Shown: positions 35,101 through 48,113 of the stretch, piece after piece
How the letters are laid out: every line of letters begins with the position of its first letter
Numbering within the stretch: position 1 is the stretch's first letter
The notes under the pieces: model-generated
The model's database searches: none
What the model saw: the letters and a program-made list of their open reading frames with translations, nothing else
Told to the model about the DNA's origin: nothing
Program-made: the position numbers and the translations under genes
NCBI GenBank assembly: GCA_032718475.1
Contig: JAUCBJ010000373.1
Coordinates: forward strand, 23,460-87,459
From: Nemertoderma westbladi
Taxonomy: Eukaryota; Animalia; Xenacoelomorpha
Direction: 5' to 3'
DNA length: 64,000 nt

Positions 35101-38100
35101 ACGTTTTCTTGCTGCGCAAACCACTTCGTTCGAAGTTGTAGCGTGGGCAGATAATGTTTTTCGAAATGGTCAGCGAAACGACGGGATAACAACTGCATAA
35201 GTTGCCAAGTTTGCCGGCAGTATTCGTCTCCGTCTGTGATTTCCGATTGTGGGAGCATGGCTACAGGTTTCTTCAGTAGGAAGTGCGCGGGTGTTAGCGC
35301 TTCTAGGGAATCGGGACTCGATGAGACTGGCATAAGCGGTCTCTCGTTGAGATAGGCAGCTATTTCCTCCATTAACGTCCGCAAAAGTTCGTCGGTGAGA
35401 TACGCGCGGCATGGCAACAGGAAATACTTATCGGAATCCTCATAACATTGTAGGAGTCTCAGCATCTGTTTGTTGGTTTCCTCATGCTCCTGGTAACTGA
35501 TCTTCTCCTTTAGAAACCTGTCGGATATCTTGTATTGGGGAAGGTCTTTAACAACATGGACTCGTGCAGATGTTGATGGAGCATCATCACTATTGGTCTT
35601 TGTCCCGGAGTAATGATGATGAAAACATCGTTTTAAATAGGTGACGGCTTTACAGAGCCGATTCCAGGAACTGTAGTGACGTATCGCTCTCTGCAAGAGA
35701 GGTGAGAGTCCTTGCGCGATATCTGGTATTCCAGATTTCCAATCCTTGTCACGGATTTCCAAGACTTCTTTAGTCGTGGCGGTGGGTTTCTGATCCAAAG
35801 CATCCTCTCCGGAAGTAAATAATACAGATAGATCAACTGCAGGTTTAAACAACTTCGATTTACTCGCTCGAGTTTTGGGTTTAACTTTCTCCGCTCCCTT
35901 GGCCTGTCTGATCTCTGCTGTTGTGAGATGGGGAGGCCATTCTTCTTCTTCTCTGTAGAGAAAGTCGGGTCCTCCTAACCATTCGGGAGTATTTACCAAT
36001 TCCTTTGGAGTCGCTCCTCGGGACGCGATGTCTGCTGGATTAATCATTCCGGGGCAATGTCTCCATTGGTCCATCTTCGTGCGACTAAGTATGATGGCTA
36101 CCCTGTTGGTAACGAAGACGCTGAACTGACAGACTTCATTGGTTATATACTCTAACACGAGTAAAGCGTCGGTCCAATAGACAGTTTTCTCTAATGGATA
36201 GTCAATCTGTTCGGTTACATTCCGGCCGATGGCTGTAGCGTATAGAGCCGCTTTTAACGCTTTAACGCTTTTAGCCGCTTAAGCTGCTTTCGAGGAACTT
36301 TCAACTTGTTGTTGATTAATGCCTTAGAAGTAACCAGGGCGACTTTGATTCCATCCGGAGTTTCCACCCTTAGATAGGCTACTATACCTATTCCCATATC
36401 GCTGGCGTCTCCAAACACATGGAGTTGATAGGAATACGTAGGGAGAACATGACCAAAATATGAACGGGAAATTATAAAATCCTCGATAGCTGGCAGAGAA
36501 TCTTCCCATTTCATCCACTTCTTCAATAATTCTCCCTTAAGTGGATCGTCCCATGAGTGGTTTTCAAGCCACATTTGTTGTACCAAACTACGAGCAATCA
36601 ATATAACTGGGCTAATAAATCCCAATGGATCGAAATAAGTGCTCAGTATACTTAAGCAAATCCGTTTGGTTCGAACTGGATTATCTCGCTGTTTTAGCTG
36701 GAAAAACAGGATATCTCGCTCTGTGTCCCATTTCAAACCGAGTGTCTTGGTTTCTGGAAGATCATCTTTGATTAGGTCTAGGTCTTTTGCTCCTCGATCT
36801 TCTACCGGGATCGATTCCAGAAACTCACGGGAGTTGCTGGTGAATTTAGTTAATCGAAATCCACCTCTTTTTAAGCACTCTACTGTTCCTTTGGCGACAT
36901 CAATGGCTTCTTCGACTGATGGAAGGGACTTTAAATTGTCGTCCATGTATATATCCCGTTTGATGTTGTCGATCACCTCTTCAGAGAAGGCGTCCCGGTT
37001 GTCATCAGCAGTGGTACGCACCACTGAGCAGGCGTTTGAAGGGCTTGAGATTATCCCAAAAGCCTGGATGGTCATCCAATACTCCACCGGTTTCTGGTTG
37101 AGGTCTCCTTCAGGCCACCACAGAAATCGTAGGCTATCTCGATCCCTATCCAGCGCCTTGACTTGTAAGAACATGCCTTCTATATCGGAGGCGAAAGCGA
37201 TTGAATATTGTCGTAATCTTAAGAGTATTCCCAACAAGGATTGGAGTAAGTTGGGTCCTGGTAACAACTCGGAATTAAGGGATTGGCCCATGTAGAGGGC
37301 GGAGCCGTCAAATACTACTCGTACCTCATGAGGTTTACCGGGTTTGGGAACGTAATGATGTGTTAAATAATACGTTCTCTCAGTTATAGGTGTTTCTTCC
37401 GGTACTCGCTCACCCTTTGTTAATAAATTTCTTCAACTGCGTCTGATACATTTCTTTAGCTGAAGAGTTTGCCGTAAGGCGTCGATGTAGTTGAGCAATT
37501 CTTTTCTCCGCCAAGGGTCTGTTGTATATGAACTTTGGTTCTCGCTTTCGGAAAGGTAGACCGATTTCATATCTACCTTGATCTTTAAGAAAACGTGTAG
37601 TTGTCTCTTGGATCTGCTTGGCTCTTTCTTCTTCTACCGATAGGGCCTTATCGTAGGAATTGGGCTCTACAGCCTCTTGAGTAAAGAATCGTACGGCGTG
37701 TTCATCCCGAGTTTTGGCATTATAACGTTCAATGACGTCATTCAGTTCGTCGTTATAGTCGACTCGTTCTGATGGACGAATGAGCTGACATAGGTTCACT
37801 TGGTTTTGCCAAGTCTCGTTTTCCGTAAGGAGATCAATGGTATTCTCCTCGTCGAAGAGTTGGTGGATATCGTCGTTATCTGAGGAGTATGGTGTTCCCT
37901 CAGTTGGATCGTCTAACTCACTGCTCTCCACTTCCCATTCTCTTACTTGATATACCTGATCTTTTGGTAATCTTTCCATGAGAGTTCTACGGGAAGGGCC
38001 AGTAAAGTACCAACCCACTCTAGTTCTTCCCGCATAGGCTTGTAGTGGTTGCAGTTGAGCAGGCCGTTTCTCCAATGTCTCGAGCGCCTCATGCGCATTT

Positions 38101-39058
38101 TGACCGATGAGTATTTGCACTCCAGGGTAATCGGTATTGAATCTAGGTATATCAAGCTGCTGGTTGAAATCGTCCTCATCCCAGTTATAAGGTTCCACTT
38201 GGCTGGTAGCGAAGTTCTTTATCGCTACCATTTTTACTGACCTTATGCTGTGTTCTCCTAGTTCATCCTGGGGGGTGGACAACGCACCTACATAATAATC
38301 CGCTATTACTGTAGATTTCCAAACCTGCTTAATTCCTGACATGTTTAACTTAGTTCGGAACTTGGGTTGTCCAGCAAAGATGTCTTCGGCTAGTTCTTTG
38401 TCGATGAATGTTCCTGTGCTACCGGAGTCAAGGAGGGCGTTCACTATATAACTCCTTTCAGGTCCGTGGACCCTTAACTGTACTACAGGAAATTCTCGGA
38501 TTCCTACATTGGAAGTTGGTGCTTTCCAAGATGGTTGTCGATCAGAAGTAGTTAGGGTGAGCTCGCTGTCGGTGTCCTTTTCATACGTAAGTGCTCGATA
38601 TACTGCGGTATTTATCATGTAACAGGATTCGTCTTCGTCGGAGAATTCGTCCGTATAGAATCCTTCCATCTCAGAACTTTGGTCAGTGTCGTTCACATCA
38701 CTGAATTGGACATGTAGTTCGGAATCACTTACCTGACTCGGGCTGTTTCGCTCGAATTCAATGTGCAACAAGATATGATGTTTCGCACCGCACTTTGTAC
38801 ACCTTGCGTCGGAGTAACAGGTTCGCCGTTGGTGTCCTTGTCTGAGGCAATTATAACACAACAGCTTATCCCACATGACTTCCCGTCTATCCTTTAATGA
38901 TTTCTTTAGGAATTCATCACACATATTCAAACGGTGGGGCCTGTCACACAGCGCACATTTTGGTTTGATGTTACTTACCTTATTTTGAGTAACGTTGTGC
39001 ACACTCGTTCTTTCTTCGGGCTTTCTTACCTGAATTCTCTTAGGAGAAGTAGGAGGGG
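35101..39058 (-). pseudogene. Element 2 pol: zinc knuckles, protease, RT, RNase H and internally deleted integrase; frameshifted
   Basis: ALLDSGS (protease), SLNSELLPGPNL, FASDIEGMF, YMDD (RT), LHVFGDAS (RNase H), WRHCPGMINPADIASRG, LNERPL and LTPAHFL (integrase tail). The integrase HHCC and D-D core are absent. Confidence 0.92.
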
Positions 39059-39869
39059 TCTTATAGACCTACGGTGTTGGACTAGCCTAGGGTCTGATAC
39101 TACTACTGGAGGGATGATCTTTCTTACAGTAGGAGGTGAGTTGAACTTCGGTCTCACACGTTCCATACTCCTGTCTGGGTCACAGATGGTCGTATCTAGG
39201 AGACTGTCTGACAGGTTTTGCTTTGTGTCAGACATGTTTGTTTGTACAGTTGAATGCCTACTGCTATATTACAGTTAAAGCAAGTCTAGTAATTCAGTAT
39301 CAACTGTTAGCCTAGTAATTAATTACCGATACTGCTACTCAGTATAGCGTGATATATATATATATAATATATTAGAATACCGGTATGCTTATAGTATATA
39401 TATAAGTATTATTACAGACTAGATTTGTCACAGAATACCGGTATGTAATTTCAGCACAAATATATATAAATATATAATAGGCCTATCGTGAATACCGGTA
39501 TACAGCTTACACTTATAGTATATATAAGTATAATTATGGACTAGAATTAATTACAGAATACCGGTATAATTTCGGCCTAAATTTTATGGAAATAAATATA
39601 ATAAGCCTATTGTAAATACCGGTATGTCAATTATTTTAGAATAATTGAATTTCTGAATTTTAGGGGTTACTTGGTTACTTTACTTTACTTGATTACCGTT
39701 ATTTAAGCAGTAGTCCAACTGACATTAAGACCTAATTGATGTAAGACAGGCCTACTATTTATAAATCGTTTGAGTTGATTTATAATATATATATACCCGT
39801 ATAATGGGTTTTGTCAATATTTGAAATAAATGTTATTATTTCTAGGAAGGAGTCACTGCACAGAAGCTG

Positions 39870-42800
39870 TTGGTTTTGCCAAGTCTCGTTTTCCGTAAGG
39901 AGATCAATGGTATTCTCCTCATCGAAGAGTTGGTTGATATCGTCGTTATCTGAGGAGTATGGTGTTCCCTCAGTTGGATCGTCTAACTCACTGCTCTCCA
40001 CTTCCCATTCTCTTACTTGATATACCTGATCTTTTGGTAATCTTTCCATGAGAGTTCTACAGGAAGGGCCAGTAAAGTACCAACCCACTCTAGTTCTTCC
40101 CGCATAGGCTTGTAGTGGTTGCGGTTGAGCAGGCTGTTTCTCCAATGTCTCGTGCGCCTCATGCGCATTTTGACCGATGAGTATTTGCACTCCAGGGTAA
40201 TCGGTATTGAATCTAGGTATATCAAGCTGCTGGGTGAAATCGTCCTCATCCCAGTTATAAGGTTCCACTTGGCTGGTAGCGAAGTTCTTTATCGCTACCA
40301 TTTTTACTGACCTTATGCTGTGTTCTCCTAGTTCATCCTGGGGGGTGGACAACGCACCTACATAATAATCCGCTATTACTGTAGATTTCCAAACCTGCAT
40401 AATTCCTGACATGTTTAACTTAGTTCGGAACTTGGGTTGTCCAGCAAAGATGTCTTCGGCTAGTTCTTTGTCAATGAATGTTCCTGTGCTACCGGAGTCA
40501 AGGAGGGCGTTCACTATATAACTCCTTTCAGGTCCGTGGACCCTTAACTGTACTACAGGAAATTCTCGGATTCCTACATTGGAAGTTGGTGCTTTCCAAG
40601 ATGGTTGTCGATCAGAAGTAGTTAGGGTGAGCTCGCTGTCGGTGTCCTTTTCATACGTAAGTGCTCGATACACTGCGGTATTTATCATGTAACAGGATTC
40701 GTCTTCGTCGGAGAATTCGTCCGTATAGAATCCTTCCATCTCAGAACTTTGGTCAGTGTCGTTCACATCACTGAATTGGACATGTAGTTCGGAATCACTT
40801 ACCTGACTCGGGCTGTTTCGCTCGAATTCAATGTGCAACAAGATATGATGTTTTGCACCGCACTTTGCACACCTTGCGTCGGAGTAACAGGTTCGCCGTT
40901 GGTGTCCTTGTCTGAGGCAATTATAACACAACCGCTTATCCCACATGACTTCCCGTCTATCCTTTAATGATTTCTTTAGGAATTCATCACACATATTCAA
41001 ACGGTGGGGCCCGTCACACAGCGCACATTTTGGTTTGATGTTACTTACCTTATTTTGAGTAACGTTGTGCACACTTGTTCTTTCTTCGGGCTTTCTTACC
41101 TGAATTCTCTTTGGAGACGTAGGAGGGGTTTTTCTTACCTGTTCTCTCCTGTCATTGGTTCGAGACTTGAATTTACTTACGTCTTTAGGCGTTTTATTGA
41201 CATAATAAGATCTTTCAGTGTCTTTCCCGCTGTCCTCTCCTTGAGAAGCCTGGCTTTCGCCGTCGTCGGTATAACACACTGGTGTTACCTTTCTCCTAGA
41301 AACGGGTTTCTCACTTACCTTGTTTTCCGGTGTCTTTTCTCTGGACTGCTTTAGAAGCTGTAATTTCACTTCTCCATCTAAGAATGATGACATGAAATCA
41401 GCCATGGTAGGGTCTCGTCGTTGTTGTTCCATCATATATAACACTTTCTTATCCCAGCGTGTACCTACTCCACCCTTCGGTAAAGTAGAGGCACGGCTCC
41501 AATAACCATAGAACTCTGATATTCATGAGACTTACCTAGCCAATCTAATTGTCTACAGATCTCCTGAATTTCATCGGAAAACTCTATAATCCCGCTGCTA
41601 ATGAATTTTCGGGGCGCTACCAATTTTGCATACAAATACCTAGCTATGTTATTCCTATTACCATACCTGATGTTTAGGGTATCCCAAACTTGTCTTAATC
41701 CATCTGGATGTCCAATAAACTTTAACGCCATTAACTTGGGAGATCCTTCCAAGCACTCGATGAGGAATCTAAGTTTCTCTCCATTAGATAGCACAGAGTT
41801 CTGTATGTTATCTTTGTAATATTCATTAAAAGGTAACCATTTCATCTCATCTCCATTGAACTTGACGATCTCTCCCACCTTTACCGCTTGACGGGCTTCG
41901 GTTCTAGCCATTTGATGCGTAAAACTTTCTTGGGCCATCGTGTTATTTAATATCGAGTTATCGGTATATAAATTTCTTGGATTATTATCAAGTCTATATG
42001 GAATATCATTGTCAACAGGTTTATAATTACCCTTAATAGGGTTTACTATTGGAGTTTCCACTTCGCTAGCAGTATAGATGTGTGTAGGCTCCACACCTTG
42101 CGCATGAAATACTTCAGACCTAACAGGTTGACACATTGTTACAGGGGGTGGTGGTATACCCTTTTGTGTATTTACTAATTTATCGCGTTCTAACGCGATA
42201 CTTTGCTGCACTTCTTGCAACTCTAACCTACTTTCCCTTACTGTGCCCTTGAACTGCTTAACAGTCTCCTGCATCTGCCCGAGCAGGAGATCCATCCCCC
42301 GCCGTCTCTCATCCACCCACTCGACTGCCGAAGCGGGAGCCACCAACGTAGTAGCGGGTGGACGGGGGACAACGGGCGACAAATCATTGATATTTCGCTC
42401 GGAGTCCAGAACAGGAACTGTCTCATGGGCTGTTCTGCTGGGCACAGGTAGTTTAGTGCTATGCAAAGGGAATTTAGAGGTAGGTTCTGGGAGTACAGGT
42501 GTCTCTATCACCGAAGGGGTGGCTTCGAGAACAGGCCTAATTATTTCAGGCTCATCTACTATAGTAGGGAGTCTTTCTATTTTAATTATTTGGTCTGTGG
42601 GTTCTGTACTACCTAAGTCTGTGCTAGCTAGTTGCCTTCTAACAGCTGGGGGCAAATCAGGCAATTTCTGACGGTGGGACATTCTTCTACGTCTGCTTAG
42701 ACGAGATCTATTTCCTCCGCCTTCAGGATCGGTGGTATCGCCTTCCTCAGATGATGTGTATCCCTGTCTCTTGGGAGTAGATCGCCTCATCATCTGCATT

Positions 42801-44320
42801 TGACTAGCTGTTAACTGTTTATTTATGCAGTCTTGATTCTCTTGAATGTTTTCCAATTCTAGTTGGGTGGTTTCTTCAGACGCTCTCCATTCTGCTTCTG
42901 CCTCTGCCGCTGCCACTGCTGCCTTTCTTTCCGCTTCGGCCGCTGCCACTGCCGCCTTTCTTTCCACTTCTACCGCCTTTCTTTCCGCTTCTGCCTCTGC
43001 CGCTGCCGCTGCCGCTGCCGCCGCCGCCGCTTTTCTTTCCACTTCTACCGCCTTTCTTTCCGCTTCTACCTCTGCCGCTGCCGCTGCCGCTGTCGCTTTT
43101 CTTTCCGCTTCTGCCGCTGCCACTGCTGCTGCCACTGTCGCTGTCTTTCTGTCTTCTATACGTTTTTTCTTTACTTGTTCTTCTTGGACTCTAGCGATGC
43201 GGAGGCGTTCATCAAATTTAGCTTGGTTCGCAGCTATCATATCCGCATCGATTGCGTCCAACACAAGCTTGGCTCCTTCACTATTAGGGCTAAGTCCATC
43301 CAGCCTTCTCCTCAACTCTTCATCACCTACAAAGCGTTGATAGTCTGACAGATAGATGTCAATAGCATACCTCTTATGCGGTTTCTCTGCTGTCGCTTCG
43401 CTTTCCACTTGGGAAAAGGTAGCGTCTGTTGATTCTCCATGGGTTGAGCGCTCAGCCAGCCGAGCTGTCCACTGGGCCGTTCCTTGAACCTGGAGACTCA
43501 CCCGCTGGAACCAAGTCTTTACAGCAACTTGCAACGACGTGTCTTGTCTTCTTTTCGAAGCTTCCTCAAAGGCCGATAGGATTAGTCTGATTCTTAGAAT
43601 TCTTTCTCGAACTTGATAAAGCAGCTCTCCCTGCTCTTGAGGTCCTTGGGGTTGTCGAAACAGTTGTTCCTCTAATCTCTCCAAAGAGCTGAAGAATCCC
43701 TGTACGTATCCTGCTGCGGACCTCTTCCACACAGCTGGATCGATGGTTTCTTTTGTTACTCCCATCCTGTGTATGTCTTCCCAGGCAGCTTCCGATAAGT
43801 CAAACGGTAGTCCGGGTCCGGGGAAGTTCCATTGCGACTCGACAATAGACTTCAGTTCTTCCATTGTATATCCCGCCTAACTATCCTTGGTCGATCGCTT
43901 ACTTCTCGCCCAATCAATCTGGTGTTCCTCCACCGCAATCAATACCCTAGTGAGTACGGCTGCAGGAAGGATGAGAAGGGGATCCGAATAAACCGCATCT
44001 GCCATCTTTGCTCCGCACTCGGGTGTCAGCTCTACAGTATCCGCACTACTGGAGCTGTCGGGCTGCTGAGAAATAAGTTCTCGGCTCGAGTGTTGCTGCT
44101 GTTCCGCTGCTTCTTGGTCTCGCTTGACTTGAGCTCGAGTGCCTATGATAGACCTACGGTGTTGGACTAGCCTAGGGTCTGATACTACTACTGGAGGGAT
44201 GATCTTTCTTACAGTAGGAGGTGAGTTGAACTTCGGTCTCACACGTTCCACACTCCTGTCTGGGTCACAGATGGTCGTATCTAGGAGACTGTCTGACAGG
44301 TTTTGCTTTGTGTCAGACAT
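39870..44320 (-). pseudogene. Element 2 gag-protease (in-frame TAG at 43877-43879, frameshift near 41480)
   Basis: Ala/Glu-rich coiled coil, Pao gag core FNGDEMKWLPF...SNGEKLRFLIECLEG, three knuckles (CALCDGPH, CYNCLRQGH, CAKCGAKHH) and ALLDSGS. Confidence 0.92.
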
Positions 44321-45664
44321 GTTTGTTTGTACAGTTGAATGCCTACTGCTATATTACAGTTAAAGCAAGTCTAGTAATTCAGTATCAACTGTTAGCCTAG
44401 TAATTAATTACCGATACTGCTACTCAGTGTAGCGTGATATATATATATATAATATATTAGAATACCGGTATGCTTATAGTATATATATACGTATTATTAC
44501 AGACTAGATTTGTCACAGAATACCGGTATGTAATTTCAGCGCAAATATATATAAATATATAATAGGCCTATCGTGAATACCGGTATATAGCTTACACTTA
44601 TAGTGTATATAAGTATAATTATGGACTAGAATTAATTACAGAATACCGGTATAATTTCGGCCTAAATTTATGGAAATAAATATAATAAGCCTATTGTAAA
44701 TACCGGTATGTCAATTATTTTAGAATAATTGAATTTCTGAATTTTAGGGGTTACTTGGTTACTTTACTTTACTTGATTACCGTTATTTAAGCAGTAGTCC
44801 AACTGACATTAAGACCTAATTGATGTAAGACAGGCCTACTATTTATAAATTGTTTGAGTTGATTTATAATATATATATACCCGTATAATGGGTTTTGTCA
44901 ATATTTGAAATAAATGTTATTATTTCTAGGAAGGAGTCACTGCACAGAAGCTGTACGCTCTCAGTGAAGTGCTACTTGTTGGACACTAAAACAAATAATT
45001 CTAATTTACCTAAGTTACTTAATACTACAAATTATGTACAATTCGGTGTGAGATTACAATCTCTAAATAAACACAAAAATTACACGTACGAATTTTTAGG
45101 GTAATTTTACAAGAAGTCTACAAACCAGCCTAACAAAGGGTTAGATTGTCTGGTTATTACAACGGACAGGGTACTACGGTATTTGAAAATAATAAGTAGT
45201 AGTAAATATACTGCGTTGTCCAGATAGGAAAAATACCACCGTCTGACGACTTATAGCCGTATCGCTATAAGTACTACGTTATGTATCACGGAGTGTTCCT
45301 ACCGAGAAGTTAATTACCGTGGTCTACCAGAACCAACGTGCCTATTAACCACTTTACGACACAAATATACTGCCTACACACTAATTACCTTCGGAAAGCA
45401 CTGTACACTAAACCCTAAATTAGGTACAAGTACTTATACAACAAATAATCAGCAGTTAGAAATACTTGTACAGCTAAAAGAACCACGGTATCTGCTGGAG
45501 TGACCGGGGCACAAAATCACCAGTCTTTACCTACGCCAAGCAGTAGTACCTGATGTAGTACCGGGGTTAATTTAACTATAACGGTATGTACAACAAGCAC
45601 AATTACTGTAGGAATAAACTTGGGGATATGAATGTTGCGAATAATCGCATAAACTCTGAATAAT

Positions 45665-46237
45665 AAATATTACGCTACGCGTACAGACTACTCAAATAAA
45701 ATACAGACCAAACGCTGACAGACTACTATCAAGCCTAAACAAACTACAGTATATGCAGACTCCGAAATGGTTAGTTAGTATGCGTTCTAACCGAGTAGTA
45801 CGACTTATTCTTTCGAGGGGATTTACCTCACAGCACTGGAAGCCCCTACGTTCCTAACTAGTAATTTATCGGACATACACTCTACACACACCGCAATCTC
45901 TTCAAACTTAACAACAGCCAGACAACAATCCAGCCTACAAATTATCTAAATAAGAAATATTACGCTACCCGTACAGACTACACATACAAAATACAGACCA
46001 AACGCTGGCGGACTACTATCAAGCCTAAACAAACTACAGTATATGCAGACTCCGAAATGGTTAGTTAGTATGCGTTCTAACCGAGTAGTACGACTTATTC
46101 TTTCGAGGGGGTTTACCTCACAGCACTGGAAGCCCCTACTTTCCTAACTAGTACTTTATCGGACATACACTCTACACACACCGCAATCTCTTCAGACTTA
46201 ACAACAGTCAGACAACAGTCCAGCCTACAAATTATCT
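45665..46237. repeat. 290-bp tandem duplication in the leader of element 2
   Basis: 45665-45947 is repeated at 45955-46237. Confidence 0.9.
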
Positions 46238-46579
46238 GTACAATCTGAGCAGGCTTACACGCCTTCTGCTCAATATTAGCCTACAAATAAATAAAACTGA
46301 CAGAAATAAGTAAAATCCCAATAAAAACCAGGCGTCCCCGATTACTTATTAAGACCTACCGGTATATAATTATCAAAATCGAATAATACTGCTGTACCTG
46401 TACTGCTGTAAGTACCGGTTCGTGTGGTTAGGTAGTTAGGCCTACTGGGTATTGGTTGACCGGTACTTCAGCTTTATTGCCTACTGCAATACAGAAGCAA
46501 TAACCGTTATTGTTCTTACCAGAACAATATTAAACTGCATTTATTGCCTACACTGCAATCTGAAATCAAAATCTGTTAT

Positions 46580-47745
46580 TGTTCGCGCTTTCAGACCTTT
46601 AGCAGTTTAACCTGCCAAATTTGGATGTCTTCTAGATTGTAAATCGACTTTAGCCTATGACGAGTATTTGATACACTACATTAGCCGAAGCCAGTCTATG
46701 CGCGACCATTCACCCGCTGGATATACCCGGGAGACTGGATTCGGAAGCCTAACCTTATTGCGGTGTAGGCCTACTGTATTATTCGACTGATCGTAATATA
46801 TAATCTCTGACAAATATTATTCACTTTCGGGAAATATTAACAGTTCCTTTAGGACGTGGCGCTCTAAATATGTAAACAGAGTTATGACTTACACTAGACA
46901 CAATGGGATGGCTATGGATTCACGTATATAGCGCATTCTTTAGGAGATGCTTTGTTATCAGTCACAATCATGTACACTACCGCGCAATGCTGCACACCGA
47001 TCTGCCGACCTTCACTAATTTTAGTCACATATAAAGAGAACAACAACCGACTCATGTAGTGCCTATGAAATAGCATTAGATTCACTCCAAAACCACTTTA
47101 ATTTAAGTCGCAATTGTTATATGTAACCGGTCTCTCTAACCTTCAGTATATCAAGAAGATTGGGGTTTCTGATTATTGATCGATATTATCCAAATATAAT
47201 AATATTCCATCAACCGATATAATTAATGACCGACAGTAAATAGCAGTAAAAATGCGGTGTTTGTAGTTGACAATATGATTAGGTGAGTAGATAACAGATA
47301 TACGTTTCTATGATTAAGCCTACTAATGTTGGGCTAAAGCCTGAAACCACAGAGATTCCAAAGCCGGTCTTCTGGGCTCAGGAAAAAATGTAAACATTGA
47401 CCCATAATGCATTGCACGATTTCCCGGAGGTTTCTGTACAAAAAGCAGGAGAATCGCTCTGATTGGTTGACCGAACAAAGAAACAACAGAGAACAAGGAA
47501 AAAGCTACACGTGTACAGATCAGCTGTTAGCTGTCGTCATAGTAACTACACTGTTTCAAGAGGATTTAGCGTATTGCGACATAGAATTGCTAGTTATGTC
47601 CGCTAAAGTACACATACAGAAGAAATGGCTTTTTATGTCCACTAAAACACCAGTACAGTAAGGAAACGGCTTTTGATGTCCGTTAAACCAACTACAGAGT
47701 ACTTTGCGGGGAAAATAACCAGCTAATTCTGCAAAAGCATTTACA
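46580..47745 (-). repeat. 5' LTR of BEL element 2
   Basis: TG...CA direct repeat of 30690-31855, upstream of gag on the minus strand. Confidence 0.95.
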
Positions 47746-48113
47746 GGAGGAGGAGATGTCGGCTAAGAGGACGTCGGGACCAGCGATTGGCTACGACGGG
47801 CCTACAACGCCACAAAGAAACAGTTAAAGGAGGCCAGAGAGGGAGGAAAGGTAAACCAGCCCAAGTTACACCAATGGCTAGGTGAGTCGAATAAACATTT
47901 TTGGTATCTGGTCTGTTTTGGGCAGGGAGAACTGGCGAGTGAGAGAGCAAGGGGGGTCGCCACTGAACTATTCGAACTGTGGCGATCTGGGGTTATGGAG
48001 CCTGAAGTAGTGTATGTAGGGCCGTATTTAGTGGATGCCAGGGGAATTAAGTTAGTGGGTTGGGCGGATCCGCACGAGGGCGAACCCGAGGTTAACCCCG
48101 AGGATTCGGTCTC

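Larger units (their letters stand above)
30690..47745 (-). mobile_element. BEL/Pao LTR retrotransposon 2 (defective, rearranged), nested antisense in element 1
   Basis: 1166-bp LTRs at 30690-31855 and 46580-47745, 5-bp TSD GGAGG (30685-30689 and 47746-47750), and PPT GGGAGCGG on the minus strand next to 31855. Domain order is gag-PR-RT-RH-IN. Confidence 0.95.

Noticed and set aside
36639-37295. Plus-strand 218-aa ORF (and similar ones at 42243-43348 and 52103-52777)
   Set aside because: These are antisense shadows of the BEL gag/pol frames with no independent motifs.
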